The notes under the pieces: model-generated
What the model was told of the DNA's origin: nothing
Databases searched by the model: none
Seen by the model: the letters and a program-made list of their open reading frames with translations, nothing else
Part shown: positions 1-10,825 of the stretch, one piece after another
How the letters are laid out: every line of letters begins with the position of its first letter
Numbering within the stretch: the first letter of the stretch is position 1
Program-made: the position numbers and the translations under genes
Virus record (IMG/VR): IMGVR_UViG_3300035703_000008
Span: 124,001 to 188,000 of that record
Direction: 5' to 3' (one strand)
DNA: 64,000 nucleotides

Positions 1-3000
1 GAGCCAGCCTGATACCAGCACGCGACCTTGGCGACTGCCCGTGGCAGGATCATAGATGAGATCAGCAAAGATGCTGACATCATCCAGCACTATCATGTGT
101 TCGTAGTTGGTGAATCTCAGTTCGATGTAGTTGATAGTGTCTGATGTCAACGATGTCACGCGGAAAGTGTTGTCGAGACGATCGATCACGAGATTGCTCT
201 GTGACAGAGTGAGACGATTTTGATTGAGTATGAGATTTTCTGGCGTGGGTGTGGCAATGCTTTCGGCCACAGCAAAGGGTCTCGTCACTGTGAGACGAGT
301 GGCACTGGGGTTGAGATTGATCAAGGATCCCTCGCTCCAGCCTTGCTGGCTCCAGTACAGGAATTCCTGTGCCATCTGATTCCAGTTCAGCACATAGCCG
401 TTTTCTTGATTTTCAAACTCCAGACCTTGCAGAGTCAACAGCTGACCGTAGCTGAGCAGGAAATCACAGACCGCGGTTTCATTGGTAAACACATAGCCGT
501 AAGGCACACGCACCACCGTATCGGTGTAGGTGGTGGGCACACGCACCTGTTGATTGCCCACTGTGATCTGCCGTGTGGGTCCGGCCACTTGGCTGACAAG
601 GATTTCAAAATAGGGTCGCGTGGTGCTGTATCCCAACACTGCCCAACCTGTGTCGGTCTTTTGCACGATCACCGAACTGTAGGTCACCCGCTCAAATGCT
701 TGATTTTTGTACAACAGCAGCTGATAACTTTCGTCGGGCAGGAGCAGGCTGGTGTTGAGACTGTTGGGCGTAGATCTTTCAGTGTAGATCTTGAGATATT
801 TCTTGTCAGTGAACGCTGCGGTTCTCCAACACAATCTCACTCCGGTATTGGCCAGCACAGTTTCGAGATCGCTGGTGCTGTTGCTGCCGGTCTGGCGATT
901 GTAGTCGATGATCCAGTTCATGAAGCTGGCCTTGCTGACACCGTTGCCATACAAGGGTGCTAGATTCTTGGCGTCAAGGCGGTATCTACGATCCCACAGC
1001 CACTGGCCGAGATCAGGTTCAAACTGATAACGATCTCGGTCGGCAAACAAGGAAAAGAACTTGGCCGGTTTGGTGAGAGCCAGCAGCCGCATGATCGAGA
1101 ATGGGTAGGAGCTGCTGGATCTCCACGAGCTTTCTACTGGGCCACCGTCACCAAATGTCCAGGATCTGCGCATGGTTTCAAGGCTGTAGTTGCCTACCAC
1201 TGAATTCAGCGGGCTCAGTAAGTTTCCTTCCGAGTCCGACGGAATAACATCAGTGAGACCGGGTCTGGCGTATCTGGGCAGATAGTAGATTCCTGCAGGA
1301 TCACGCACCAGTCCTTGCTCGAGGTCATCCCAGAGCACCAAGTTGCCCGAAGTATAAGGAGCGGGTCCATATTGATTCTGCCACCAGTCGGGCTCTTCGC
1401 TGAATCCCAGCATTTCCCAGGGAGTGACATTGGGTCTTTCAGTGTCGTAGAAATAGAGATAGATACCACGCCATGCGCCTGGCATGAGCTCACCGCTGAT
1501 GCGATCTGAGCTCTGGCTGTAGTTCCAGGTAAACTCATTGGTGGCCACATAGTTCTGTGTGGTGTAGTCCAGCTTGTTCCAGCCCACCCAGCTGAGGAAA
1601 TCTGTGCTCAACATCTGATTGATTTCTTCCAGGGTATAATCCGTGTCACGAAAACGCCCGGGTATCACTTCAGATTCCACGAGCGGAACCGGAGTGGCCA
1701 CTTTGAGGTTGTCAAAGATGCGTGTTTCAAACTCCAACAATATCTGATCACGCACATCACCAAATGCGCGAGTTATTGATCCGTCGTGGCCTTGTATTAC
1801 CATCACTGATCCCGTGGATGTCTTGTCCAGGAACATTTGTGGACGGAATGCGGGATATAGGCCCATCTTGGTGGGTGTGTTGGGAACAAAACTACCGTAA
1901 GTGGTGGCATATTCACGTATGACGATGACATCGCCCACAGTCAAAGGCACAGTTACCGTGAGATTGGGTGCATCCACGGCCACTTCATACTCGTAACCTT
2001 TGGTCAATAAACGACCATTGAGGTATACCAACAAACCTAGGTAGTTGCTCGAGGTAAAGTCGTAGACCTGCTGGGTGTCAAACGTGGGAGTACTGATGGG
2101 TGTATAGGTATAGGTAGTCGATGTGAAAGTTTCGCTGGCCGGAATCATGTCTGACCAGTAGAACGGACTCATGTTGGTCTTGGCCGAAGCGATCTCGGTC
2201 ATGACCTGATCCAAGACCTGTGTGGGCGTAAGATTGACGAAGTCGCCCTTGCCAGCCAGATCCAACATTATGTTTTTGAACTTTTCATATTCCTGGCTGT
2301 TGAATCTCAGTGCAGAAAAGATATCATAGGCACGATGCCGCAAGAATGAACCAGCCAACACCAACGGTGATGAATGCTGCACGATGTTGTCGCCGTAGCG
2401 CAGGATGTTGCCAAGGTCGCGGGTGTTGTTGGCACCATTGATGGGTCCTTGGATATCAATGAGATTCTGGCCAATGCTGTTGTAGTGATTGCGTATGGTT
2501 CCTAGAGTGAACCCGGCACTGTCTTGATTGAGAGGATTGTTTTCGAGATTCAGCGGAATCTGGTAGTAGGCCGACGGCGAAGCCTGATTGGAGATCAGCT
2601 GTGCTTCGATCACGGTTCCCACTGCAGGCGGATCCTGGAAAGTGACCACGGTATTGGTAACCGTGGAAGTCATTGTATACTCGTCGGGGTCAACAAAGGC
2701 ACCATCTACGAATATCTGCAGCACCGGCACCGCGGAATCGGGAGCAGGAGGTACGTCAAATATGAGACTGATACCGTCGAACACGAATCGGAAAACCTGT
2801 CGGCTGCGATTTTCTGTTATGGCAGGTTGCCATCCGATCTGGCTGCTAAATCTGATACGATCAAAGTACTGTCTGACAAATCCTTCACTGATATTGATCT
2901 CGGTGGATACATTGTCTCTCACATAAAGGAAAGTGTCCTCGTAGAGATAGTTGGTGAAAAGTATGTCACCAATGTTGTTGATATTGAGGTAGCGCAATGC

Positions 3001-5487
3001 GAAACCAAGAACCTCGTCCTGGATCTGGGTACCACCTACAGCATAGCCAAACAGGCGTGTTCCTGCGAATGTAGAGCTGGGATACACTGCTCGGTCGCCG
3101 TAGCTGACACCGTTGGCATCTTTGACGTCAAACAACGGAGCTTGATTCACCGAAGTTTTTTCCTGTGCTGGTAGCCATGTTACCCCGTCAAAGTAGAAAC
3201 TCTTGCCCTGGAGAGTGACTCCGTTGAGGGAGACCACAGTTTGATTGACGCGAGCCTCGCCGTCAAACACCGGAGTGAGATTGATCACTGGTTGCCGGAT
3301 CAAGGGAGGCTGGGTGTCAGGAGTGATAAAGCTCACTTCAAACACACGGTTGCGAACAGCTGGATCAATGTCGGCGGCAAAAATAACTCGTGTGCCAGCT
3401 ACGAACTGATAACCATCAACTCCATAACTGATGGCACCGTTGATGTTGGAAAAAGCATCGGTTTCGCGGAAATCAATGATGTCCACTGGCTCTTTGCCCC
3501 AGGTACCAAACTGATACATGGCCATGCTGGGACGGAATTCAATGATGGGACGTTTGGCTCGCAAGTTGTTGTCCAACACTGCCACTTGATTGTTGTACTC
3601 GGCCGTGGCATTGATCACATCGATGTGGAACCAGCGATTGCTGCGAGTCCATGCGTTGAGATCTCGGCTACCACGACTGATGGTGAGATAATCAGGATGT
3701 GTTGGCACGCTCAACGTGGCACTGTATGGTGTACGGATATAGGTCTCGGGAGTGACCAACCATGACACAGGGATCAATCTTATACCGTTGCCGTTGGCAG
3801 CACCAGGTTCGGCCACGGATGGCAGCGGTGCTTCTTCGGGCACGCCGGCACCGGGATTGGCCAAGCTGAGTTCTACTGTGTCATAGATGTACTGCTGGAA
3901 CACGTCTTCGCGATGCACTGATCCCGTGACTCGGCGACCTTGGTACCAGTGCCAGGGTCCAAAATAGGCTTCACCATCGATGAATCCCACCCGCACAGAC
4001 ACTCCTGGTCCAGTGCCCACACCTTCCACGTAGTACTCTTGATTTTGATAGGTGCTGGGATTGATGGATCCACGGAATACCACTTTGAGACCATTGGTAA
4101 ACTTGACTCCATTGGGGGCTGTGTAATCCTTGGCGCCGATGATGTCATCGATGTCGATGGTCTCGACCTTGTCTTGTTCGATGAGTCGAATCTGACCAAA
4201 AAGATCAGGGTTGGTGCTGTCCTGATACCATAAAGTATCTTGTATGGCTGTGAGCAAGGGCTGCTGCTCAAAGTATCCGTTGTTGTTTTTGTACCAAACT
4301 GTGCTGCTCCATGTAGAGCCAAACTGTGCTGTGACCTTGGAATCCACAGGCACGGGGCGCACGCTGGAGAGATGCATGTACTTTCGACCATCACCGTCGT
4401 CGAGATATTGTATCAGCCACACGCTGTAGCGCAGGTCAAGATCGTCGATGTTGGTGACTTGATCAAAAGGCACAGTGTCGAAGCTGCCGGACTGGCCGTT
4501 CAGCGAGTTCTGTCTTGGCAACGGATCAAACTGAGTGGTGATCTGCCAGCCACCAATACCAGGATCCACTGTGCGGTTGACAAAGATTATGGTGCGACCT
4601 TCGAGATTGGTGATACCGTCAATGCCTTTGGGATATGCGGCTTGGAAGTCAGACACATATACATTGTTGATGTCTGAGAATCTTATGGTATCTGACACTA
4701 GATCCACGTTACCAGCATCGACTAGAGTGTAGTAGAAATCTTGTGCTGTTTTCAAGGGCACATTGAAGATCACTGTGCCCGAGTCAGAGCCGTTGTTGCT
4801 GACACCTAGAACATCGCGACTGGAGATATTGGATCGTCCAGGCATGGTGCCTGCGGGCTGACCGGGACGATTGGGAGCAGCTTGTATCCAAAAGTCATTG
4901 CCGGGTTGATCGACCACGAATTCATAGTTGCCGCCGCGAACCAAGGTGATCACAGGATTGTTACCAGCCACGCCTGAGAATTGATAGGCCTTGACTTCGG
5001 CTGTGTCCACGCGAGTGACATCATAGACATCGGTGAGGGGAATATCAGTGCCGCTGACATCTACTGCATCGGGACCTTCAGGCAACCAATAATACTGGCT
5101 GTAGTTTACGAATTTGTCAAGGTCGCAGAATGGATCCCAGCTATAGTATTCGCTTTCCCAGAGACGATCTTGATTCAAGGTCTCTGCGCCCTGGAGGTCC
5201 AAGGCATCGATCATGCCGGGATAGGTTATGGCATCTGTGACCGTGTTGGTATCGGGTCGGAAGAATGCCACGCCGGGTTCGAGCTGATAGTTGTTGCGAG
5301 CGGCTGATATTTCTGTGACATACGAATCTGCGGGATTGATACCGGGACCCACCCGTCGACCCACATAGCCCTGTGTGCGTCGTAGATTGGGCTCTTGCGT
5401 GAGCTGGTCCAGCGTGGCTGCCAGGAACTTGCGATTGGTATCTGTACGAAAAATGTCAGGTAAGAGATCTACCGTTCGTCTTGCCAT
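1..5487 (-). CDS. Very large baseplate wedge/structural protein (gp7-like position), partial, runs off the window's left edge
   Basis: ATG at 5487 overlaps the gp6-like stop (TGATG). Begins MARRTVDLLPDIFRTDTNRKFLAATLDQLTQEP and is still in frame at base 1 (..GRVLVSGWL). Absent from the ORF track, consistent with no stop in the window. Confidence 0.8.
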   Translation of the reverse strand, partial: MARRTVDLLPDIFRTDTNRKFLAATLDQLTQEPNLRRTQGYVGRRVGPGINPADSYVTEISAARNNYQLEPGVAFFRPDTNTVTDAITYPGMIDALDLQGAETLNQDRLWESEYYSWDPFCDLDKFVNYSQYYWLPEGPDAVDVSGTDIPLTDVYDVTRVDTAEVKAYQFSGVAGNNPVITLVRGGNYEFVVDQPGNDFWIQAAPNRPGQPAGTMPGRSNISSRDVLGVSNNGSDSGTVIFNVPLKTAQDFYYTLVDAGNVDLVSDTIRFSDINNVYVSDFQAAYPKGIDGITNLEGRTIIFVNRTVDPGIGGWQITTQFDPLPRQNSLNGQSGSFDTVPFDQVTNIDDLDLRYSVWLIQYLDDGDGRKYMHLSSVRPVPVDSKVTAQFGSTWSSTVWYKNNNGYFEQQPLLTAIQDTLWYQDSTNPDLFGQIRLIEQDKVETIDIDDIIGAKDYTAPNGVKFTNGLKVVFRGSINPSTYQNQEYYVEGVGTGPGVSVRVGFIDGEAYFGPWHWYQGRRVTGSVHREDVFQQYIYDTVELSLANPGAGVPEEAPLPSVAEPGAANGNGIRLIPVSWLVTPETYIRTPYSATLSVPTHPDYLTISRGSRDLNAWTRSNRWFHIDVINATAEYNNQVAVLDNNLRAKRPIIEFRPSMAMYQFGTWGKEPVDIIDFRETDAFSNINGAISYGVDGYQFVAGTRVIFAADIDPAVRNRVFEVSFITPDTQPPLIRQPVINLTPVFDGEARVNQTVVSLNGVTLQGKSFYFDGVTWLPAQEKTSVNQAPLFDVKDANGVSYGDRAVYPSSTFAGTRLFGYAVGGTQIQDEVLGFALRYLNINNIGDILFTNYLYEDTFLYVRDNVSTEINISEGFVRQYFDRIRFSSQIGWQPAITENRSRQVFRFVFDGISLIFDVPPAPDSAVPVLQIFVDGAFVDPDEYTMTSTVTNTVVTFQDPPAVGTVIEAQLISNQASPSAYYQIPLNLENNPLNQDSAGFTLGTIRNHYNSIGQNLIDIQGPINGANNTRDLGNILRYGDNIVQHSSPLVLAGSFLRHRAYDIFSALRFNSQEYEKFKNIMLDLAGKGDFVNLTPTQVLDQVMTEIASAKTNMSPFYWSDMIPASETFTSTTYTYTPISTPTFDTQQVYDFTSSNYLGLLVYLNGRLLTKGYEYEVAVDAPNLTVTVPLTVGDVIVIREYATTYGSFVPNTPTKMGLYPAFRPQMFLDKTSTGSVMVIQGHDGSITRAFGDVRDQILLEFETRIFDNLKVATPVPLVESEVIPGRFRDTDYTLEEINQMLSTDFLSWVGWNKLDYTTQNYVATNEFTWNYSQSSDRISGELMPGAWRGIYLYFYDTERPNVTPWEMLGFSEEPDWWQNQYGPAPYTSGNLVLWDDLEQGLVRDPAGIYYLPRYARPGLTDVIPSDSEGNLLSPLNSVVGNYSLETMRRSWTFGDGGPVESSWRSSSSYPFSIMRLLALTKPAKFFSLFADRDRYQFEPDLGQWLWDRRYRLDAKNLAPLYGNGVSKASFMNWIIDYNRQTGSNSTSDLETVLANTGVRLCWRTAAFTDKKYLKIYTERSTPNSLNTSLLLPDESYQLLLYKNQAFERVTYSSVIVQKTDTGWAVLGYSTTRPYFEILVSQVAGPTRQITVGNQQVRVPTTYTDTVVRVPYGYVFTNETAVCDFLLSYGQLLTLQGLEFENQENGYVLNWNQMAQEFLYWSQQGWSEGSLINLNPSATRLTVTRPFAVAESIATPTPENLILNQNRLTLSQSNLVIDRLDNTFRVTSLTSDTINYIELRFTNYEHMIVLDDVSIFADLIYDPATGSRQGRVLVSGWL

Positions 5488-8400
5488 CAATACTCACCTG
5501 TCTGGCTGATGGTGCTGCTGACCCCACCATTGGAGGCCATGGTGGCTGGATAAAGTCCCGACACCGGTGTCTGGCTGCGTATGTTGCTCTGGGTAAGGGC
5601 TTCGATCACTTCCACGTCATTGACCGTGGCCGCTGAAACAAAAATCTCGTTGGGAGCGGACCTCACTTCATAAAGGTCGCCAAAGGTCTTGAGCGGATTC
5701 AGAGGAACCAACACCACCGAGCTCACTATAGATCCCATGCGTTCGTGTAGATAGGCCGCCAGCTCTGAAAAGAAAAAGCTGTCACCAAAGTCCCATTTGT
5801 CAATGGTGAAGTAGTTGTTGACATTGGCTATGACCTGGCTCTTGATCTCGCTGATGCTGGCCGTGCTGCGTGCAGCACGCACCACTTTGATGGTGGCTCT
5901 TAATTCGGGCGCAGCCTTGGCACCAAACAAGGGCTTGAACACCACAGAATTCAACACCACATTGTCGGATATCATCTTGTAGTCATTGAGTCCTGAATAG
6001 GCCGTGGTCAGCTCGTCGATGGTAGGGATCTCGGGTTCGGGTACCGTGCCCGTGGTATCTTTGATGTAGTTCTGATAGGCCGTGTAGTATTCTTGTACCA
6101 CCACATAGAGATCGATGATGTTGGTGGTGCCTGGATCGATCACATTGGTGAGAGCCGAATTGTGACGATACTGATAGTAGAGATCCTGGCGACCAGTGCG
6201 AGCTATAAAGTCAAACCGTTCGGTAAGCACACGCTGGATGTTGCCATTGGTCTGTGTCACTGTGAGCTCGTAGAATTTCTGTGTTTGGTAAGCATAAAAA
6301 ACTTGGCCGTTCACGTATTCGCTCTTGACTAGCTCGATGGCATCCAAGGTGGCATAGATGGCATTGATCACGCCCGCGGCCAGGGGCAAGAATCTCTCGA
6401 GGTCATCAAAGTCAGTGAGCTGCTGGAAAAATACCAGCTTGGTAGTAGCTGCCACATTGGGTGCCACGATATCATCAAAGAAATCCGGATCATCGGCAAC
6501 ACCGTCGGCATCCGAGTCGAGATAGCTGACCACCACTTGATAGTCATTGACGAATCCGTCACTTTCCACGGGCTGACCAATGATGTCCATGGTCACGTCA
6601 CTGTTGAGCGGCAAATTGCTGTCGGGTCTACTGTTGCTCTTGAGTATGCGCACAAAGTCATTGATCACAAGACCGGTCTTGGGGTCATAGATCTTTTCGC
6701 CACCACCAAAGAAGAATCTGGTTTCGATCACAGATGCGAAGAGATAATCCAGCCCGCGTGACACCACAGTGTAAGATTCACCGTTGGTGGTAAACTGTAT
6801 CAGCCAGGATGCATCGAGATTGAGTCCGGGATTGGCCAGGGCCGTGCCATGACTGGAATAACTGAAAGCAGCATCGGCTGCGAGATTGGTACTGGTGATG
6901 AGATACCAAGTGGCTGTGAGATTGTCGTAGCCTAGTCCAAAGTTGCGGAACAGTTCAATCTGTTGCAGCATGCTCTGTTCAAGGCTGGAAGGCAGATCGT
7001 CCACAAACTTGGCGATCACTTGCACAGCTCGTGCTCCAGTGGGCACAAAATTATTGATAGTGACCGGTCCAGTGCCGTCAGAGAGATTGCCTTGCCCGTT
7101 GTTGGTGCCATCGCCCACCACCGACATCGTGGTGGCCCAGATCACTAGTTTTTCATCGGCACGAGTGGGTGTACCTGCCACCAAGCGATTGTTGGCATCA
7201 AAAAAGTAGCCCGTGGGCGGAACAAATTTGACCAATGCACCTTGCTGTATGTACTTGGCATTGTTGGTAGTGAACGAACCAATGGGCTGTGGAATATTAA
7301 GGCTGTTCTGGAAATAGCCGGTGGTCTCATTGACCATAGTGGTGCTCTGCCGCCAGCTGAGATTGAGCACTGTGAGATCAGGCCTGGGAAAGTTGTAGCG
7401 AGTGGGGTCAACTGAGTTCCTGCCATAATAAAACTGGATCATGCTGCGACTGGAAAGCACCGGCTCGATGTTGTTGTTGATCACGTCCACGATGTCGTTG
7501 CGATTGATCCAATCAAATTGGAAATTGGGCAACACATTCTGGCGATATAGCACTCCGTCACTGCCAAAGATATTGGTAGACGAATATTTGCCGGTGATGT
7601 CTGTGAGATCTACATAACGTGTGGTTCCCACTGAGCTACGGGCAACAGCTTTGCTCTTGATGATCGAGTTGTAACGAGTGAACGGAAAGTTGTTGTAGTC
7701 TTCACCGTTGACCATGCGATTCTGTGTGTAATAACGAGCCGGGGCACGCTGCTTGATCTCGTCAATGGTCTCGCGAGCCTGTGCGTTCGAAACCGGAGTG
7801 GTGATACCGCAAGTGAATGTGATGGTTTCGAGTCGTCCAAAGCGGCTCACATAAGTGAGAGCGATAGGCACACTCTGCATCTCTTCGGGGTTGATGATGT
7901 ACTCAAGCCCGTTGCTGGCACGCACATAGGCACGGAAAAAGCCCACGGGCACTTCGGCAAAAACACCATCACCGAATGTCAGCGTGATCTGATCGTTGGC
8001 ACGGCTGGTTATGGAATAGAGCTGACGCTGATCGGGAGCCAGTTGCTCGACTGCGCCCGCATACACGCTCTCTACATATTGCCATTCTCCGGCGATGCTG
8101 CCCACATCATCGAGCTTGTAGAGCCAATGATCTTGATCGTTACAACCTTCCACATTGATGTTCACTGTGCGGTTGGGCACAGCTTCGCTGAGGTTGAAGT
8201 CTTGATTCTGCAGCACCCCTTGCTTGAACAAGAAAAAGAATCCAGTGTTGTCGCTGCCAAACCCCAACTGATCGTTGCGATAGAGCATGTTGAATGCGCC
8301 GGATGGTCGCGGTGCTGGTTCGTACACATAATCACGACCTTGCGTGGTACTGCTCACAGCTTCAAATGGCATGTTCACACCATCCACTGCGGCTGTGTAC

Positions 8401-8999
8401 GGAGTCACGGGCAAGAATCCCGGCACGAGATTTACTGTATACTCGTCGGTGCGTATGCCAAGTATGGTGGCTGAATTGGCAGGTCTACCAAACTTCTGGC
8501 TGTCAACCAAAGCAGCATTGACCACTGTGGTAAACTGCTCGAACCAGTTGGGATTAGTAGGATCATTCCAGTCAATGGTGACATTGCTGAGGCTCACACC
8601 GTTGTAGTCCACGACATTTTCTGTGGTAGAAACTGAAAATACCTTGAGAAATCCTTGTGCAGCTTGGTTGCGCTTGGGAGTATAGCTGACAAGATTGGCC
8701 AGGCGCACCACGCTGTCTCTGCGTTCGGCTGTGTCGAGATAGTTTTCCCTGGCATTGAGATCGTTGCGGAAAGCCATGGCCTGGCCCATGAAAGCGATCA
8801 CGTCCAGGAGGGCGATAAACTCTGAACTTTCGATGTAGTCGTTGAAAGTTTCGGGATAATAAAGTCGGAGATAGTCTACGAAGCTCTTGCGCAGAGTCTC
8901 GAAATCGTAGCTCTGGAAGTCGGCTTCACGGTAGGTCTGGTACAGCCTTTTCCAGTCCTCTACCCCAAATATAGCGGTTTGTCTAGTAGTCTTGGCCAT
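5487..8999 (-). CDS. Baseplate wedge subunit, T4 gp6-like
   Basis: 1170 aa; N-terminal YDFETLRKSFVDYL..FNDYIESSE..LLDVIA..ARENYLDTAERRDSV..LA..VSY.P and ETIDEIKQRAP..Y.TQNRMV..EDY motifs typical of gp6/baseplate J. Confidence 0.85.
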   Translation of the reverse strand: MAKTTRQTAIFGVEDWKRLYQTYREADFQSYDFETLRKSFVDYLRLYYPETFNDYIESSEFIALLDVIAFMGQAMAFRNDLNARENYLDTAERRDSVVRLANLVSYTPKRNQAAQGFLKVFSVSTTENVVDYNGVSLSNVTIDWNDPTNPNWFEQFTTVVNAALVDSQKFGRPANSATILGIRTDEYTVNLVPGFLPVTPYTAAVDGVNMPFEAVSSTTQGRDYVYEPAPRPSGAFNMLYRNDQLGFGSDNTGFFFLFKQGVLQNQDFNLSEAVPNRTVNINVEGCNDQDHWLYKLDDVGSIAGEWQYVESVYAGAVEQLAPDQRQLYSITSRANDQITLTFGDGVFAEVPVGFFRAYVRASNGLEYIINPEEMQSVPIALTYVSRFGRLETITFTCGITTPVSNAQARETIDEIKQRAPARYYTQNRMVNGEDYNNFPFTRYNSIIKSKAVARSSVGTTRYVDLTDITGKYSSTNIFGSDGVLYRQNVLPNFQFDWINRNDIVDVINNNIEPVLSSRSMIQFYYGRNSVDPTRYNFPRPDLTVLNLSWRQSTTMVNETTGYFQNSLNIPQPIGSFTTNNAKYIQQGALVKFVPPTGYFFDANNRLVAGTPTRADEKLVIWATTMSVVGDGTNNGQGNLSDGTGPVTINNFVPTGARAVQVIAKFVDDLPSSLEQSMLQQIELFRNFGLGYDNLTATWYLITSTNLAADAAFSYSSHGTALANPGLNLDASWLIQFTTNGESYTVVSRGLDYLFASVIETRFFFGGGEKIYDPKTGLVINDFVRILKSNSRPDSNLPLNSDVTMDIIGQPVESDGFVNDYQVVVSYLDSDADGVADDPDFFDDIVAPNVAATTKLVFFQQLTDFDDLERFLPLAAGVINAIYATLDAIELVKSEYVNGQVFYAYQTQKFYELTVTQTNGNIQRVLTERFDFIARTGRQDLYYQYRHNSALTNVIDPGTTNIIDLYVVVQEYYTAYQNYIKDTTGTVPEPEIPTIDELTTAYSGLNDYKMISDNVVLNSVVFKPLFGAKAAPELRATIKVVRAARSTASISEIKSQVIANVNNYFTIDKWDFGDSFFFSELAAYLHERMGSIVSSVVLVPLNPLKTFGDLYEVRSAPNEIFVSAATVNDVEVIEALTQSNIRSQTPVSGLYPATMASNGGVSSTISQTGEY

Positions 9000-9018
9000 G
9001 GCATTCTAAGTGTTTTTT

Positions 9019-9024
9019 TATTTA
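9019..9024 (-). promoter_or_regulatory. Late promoter TAAATA for gp6-like gene
   Basis: TAAATA 19 nt upstream of ATG; same motif recurs before most structural genes; T4 gp55 recognises TATAAATA. Confidence 0.65.
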
Positions 9025-9047
9025 TCGATGCTAAAAACGGCGCAGTT

Positions 9048-9422
9048 TTAGACGAAGCTGGCTCTGCGTGTTTCTTGATCGAAAAAGATAGCCAAGCGTT
9101 CAGCAGTGCTGCTGGACACTACCTGCACCTGCAGTTCAATGAGTATGCCATTGTCCTGGGGATACACTGTGGCATCTGTGACAAACAAGCGTGGGTCTTG
9201 ACCTACCACACGCTGCAGTTCTTGCAGTATGGCTCGTTCGGTGTCAGGAGTCTGATTCTCAAACACATAGCTCCAGATCACGGTGCCATATTCGGGACGC
9301 CCGGGCAGACTGCCTTGCTGTATGCTCAAGGCGTTGGCCAAGTCGCGTTTGATCAAGGCAAAATCCGTGAGCGTGAATTTCTTGAACTGATCTATGGTGT
9401 TGAAGCCGATGAATGTGGTCAT
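9048..9422 (-). CDS. Baseplate wedge subunit, gp25-like
   Basis: 124 aa; LIKRDL.NAL..QQGS..GRPEYGT.IW..VFE and DPR motifs of the GPW/gp25 family. Confidence 0.85.
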   Translation of the reverse strand: MTTFIGFNTIDQFKKFTLTDFALIKRDLANALSIQQGSLPGRPEYGTVIWSYVFENQTPDTERAILQELQRVVGQDPRLFVTDATVYPQDNGILIELQVQVVSSSTAERLAIFFDQETRRASFV

Positions 9423-9426
9423 GCTT

Positions 9427-9434
9427 TATTTATA
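9427..9434 (-). promoter_or_regulatory. Late promoter TATAAATA, 4 nt before ATG
   Basis: Full T4 late consensus on the minus strand. Confidence 0.75.
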
Positions 9435-9436
9435 GG

Positions 9437-10825
9437 TCAGCTCTGCACACGGCTGCGCCACAGAGCTATGAGCTCTTTGTTGATGGCGCTGCGCTTTTGC
9501 AGAATGTTGATCAATCTTATTAGAGAGTCTGCATAAGGTTTGACATAAGCCGCAAGGTCGCTCACTCCCGGATTGGCCTGAGTGAATGCTATGATGGGAT
9601 CAATATACTTCTTTCGATTGTCATTGTAGAGCGACCTCACAGCTTGGTATTTGGCGTCATAGGCGTCGATCTCGGCCGTGGTAATGGCCGAGCCTAGATC
9701 GTCGAGACGTTTGGCTTCGGGCATGAGCGCATCGAATTGAGCATTGACTCCATCCAAGAAAACGATGGCTTCTTCGACCAATCGATCAAACTCGTCGCGC
9801 TTGTCAGCGTTGGGATCAGGCGCCGGAGCTTCGCGTTCCACGGGTCCATACTCAATGGGCGGCACTTTGGGATCATCCACGGCGGAATTCACTGCACTGT
9901 CTACACCGGCACGCTTCACGGTTTCCACAGCACCAGCGGGTGCTGTATCGATCTTGGGCAATTTGTTGGCAACTAGGTCAGCGGCCTGTTGTCCACCTTT
10001 GCAGATCCCGCCGATCTGATCAGCGATGTTGGGCGGTGCTTTGCCGGCTGCCCAGTCGGCCACGGCCTGTGGTCCCAGCTTGGCTGAACCTTGTACTAGG
10101 CCTGCCAGCTTGTCGGCGCTTTCCTTGCCCGAGGCCACGCCCAGGCTCTTGAGTTTGTCCAACCCTTGGCTCATGAGGTTGGTCTGCGTGGCTGCTTGTA
10201 TGTTGGTGTTTTTGAGGAATCCGTCAAGGTTGGTCACGCTGCTTTTGCCGGCCCACACAAACGGTGATGACAGCACTTTGTTGAGCTGTCGGTTTGAAGC
10301 CACTTGCTCGGGGGTGATGTCGCCGCCTTCGGCATTGATCTTTTCGGCTTCGGCTCTATCCTGGTCAGTGACCGTGGGGGTGCTGCCAAAACTGCTCACA
10401 GTGCCAGGCTTGACGAATCCCTGTTCTTCCAGTTGCTTGGGAGTGAGTCCAAACTGACCGATGCCTTTGGTGGCGCTTATGGCCGAAGCAGGCTGTGCCA
10501 CAGCGGCTGCGGCCTGTCCCAGCATGCCGGTGACCTGTTGTGGATTGAGAGAACCAATGCTTTTGGTGGCAGGAATCTGCTTGAGGACTTGTGCAGCATT
10601 CACGGGATTCTTTATGGGCAGATTGTCAAGTCCGGCCAAGGCCGCGGTGGCCTGCTTGGCAGCGCCGGTGGTACCGGCCAAAGCCTGTCCGATGCCAAGG
10701 TTTTTTAAAGCACCCGAGTTGAACTGTTGATCAAAGATCTTGCGTGCATCTGCTTCGGTGACTCCGTTGGCAGCCTTGACTTCGAACTTTTCGCCGTTGG
10801 GTCCAGTAAAACTATAGCTGGGCAT
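9437..10825 (-). CDS. Baseplate-associated virion protein, possible degenerate lysozyme-like domain
   Basis: 462 aa between gp5- and gp25-like genes, start overlaps upstream stop; central GIGQFG...L..QG.VK...W.GK..V..L..FL.N...Q segment. Confidence 0.55.
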   Translation of the reverse strand: MPSYSFTGPNGEKFEVKAANGVTEADARKIFDQQFNSGALKNLGIGQALAGTTGAAKQATAALAGLDNLPIKNPVNAAQVLKQIPATKSIGSLNPQQVTGMLGQAAAAVAQPASAISATKGIGQFGLTPKQLEEQGFVKPGTVSSFGSTPTVTDQDRAEAEKINAEGGDITPEQVASNRQLNKVLSSPFVWAGKSSVTNLDGFLKNTNIQAATQTNLMSQGLDKLKSLGVASGKESADKLAGLVQGSAKLGPQAVADWAAGKAPPNIADQIGGICKGGQQAADLVANKLPKIDTAPAGAVETVKRAGVDSAVNSAVDDPKVPPIEYGPVEREAPAPDPNADKRDEFDRLVEEAIVFLDGVNAQFDALMPEAKRLDDLGSAITTAEIDAYDAKYQAVRSLYNDNRKKYIDPIIAFTQANPGVSDLAAYVKPYADSLIRLINILQKRSAINKELIALWRSRVQS

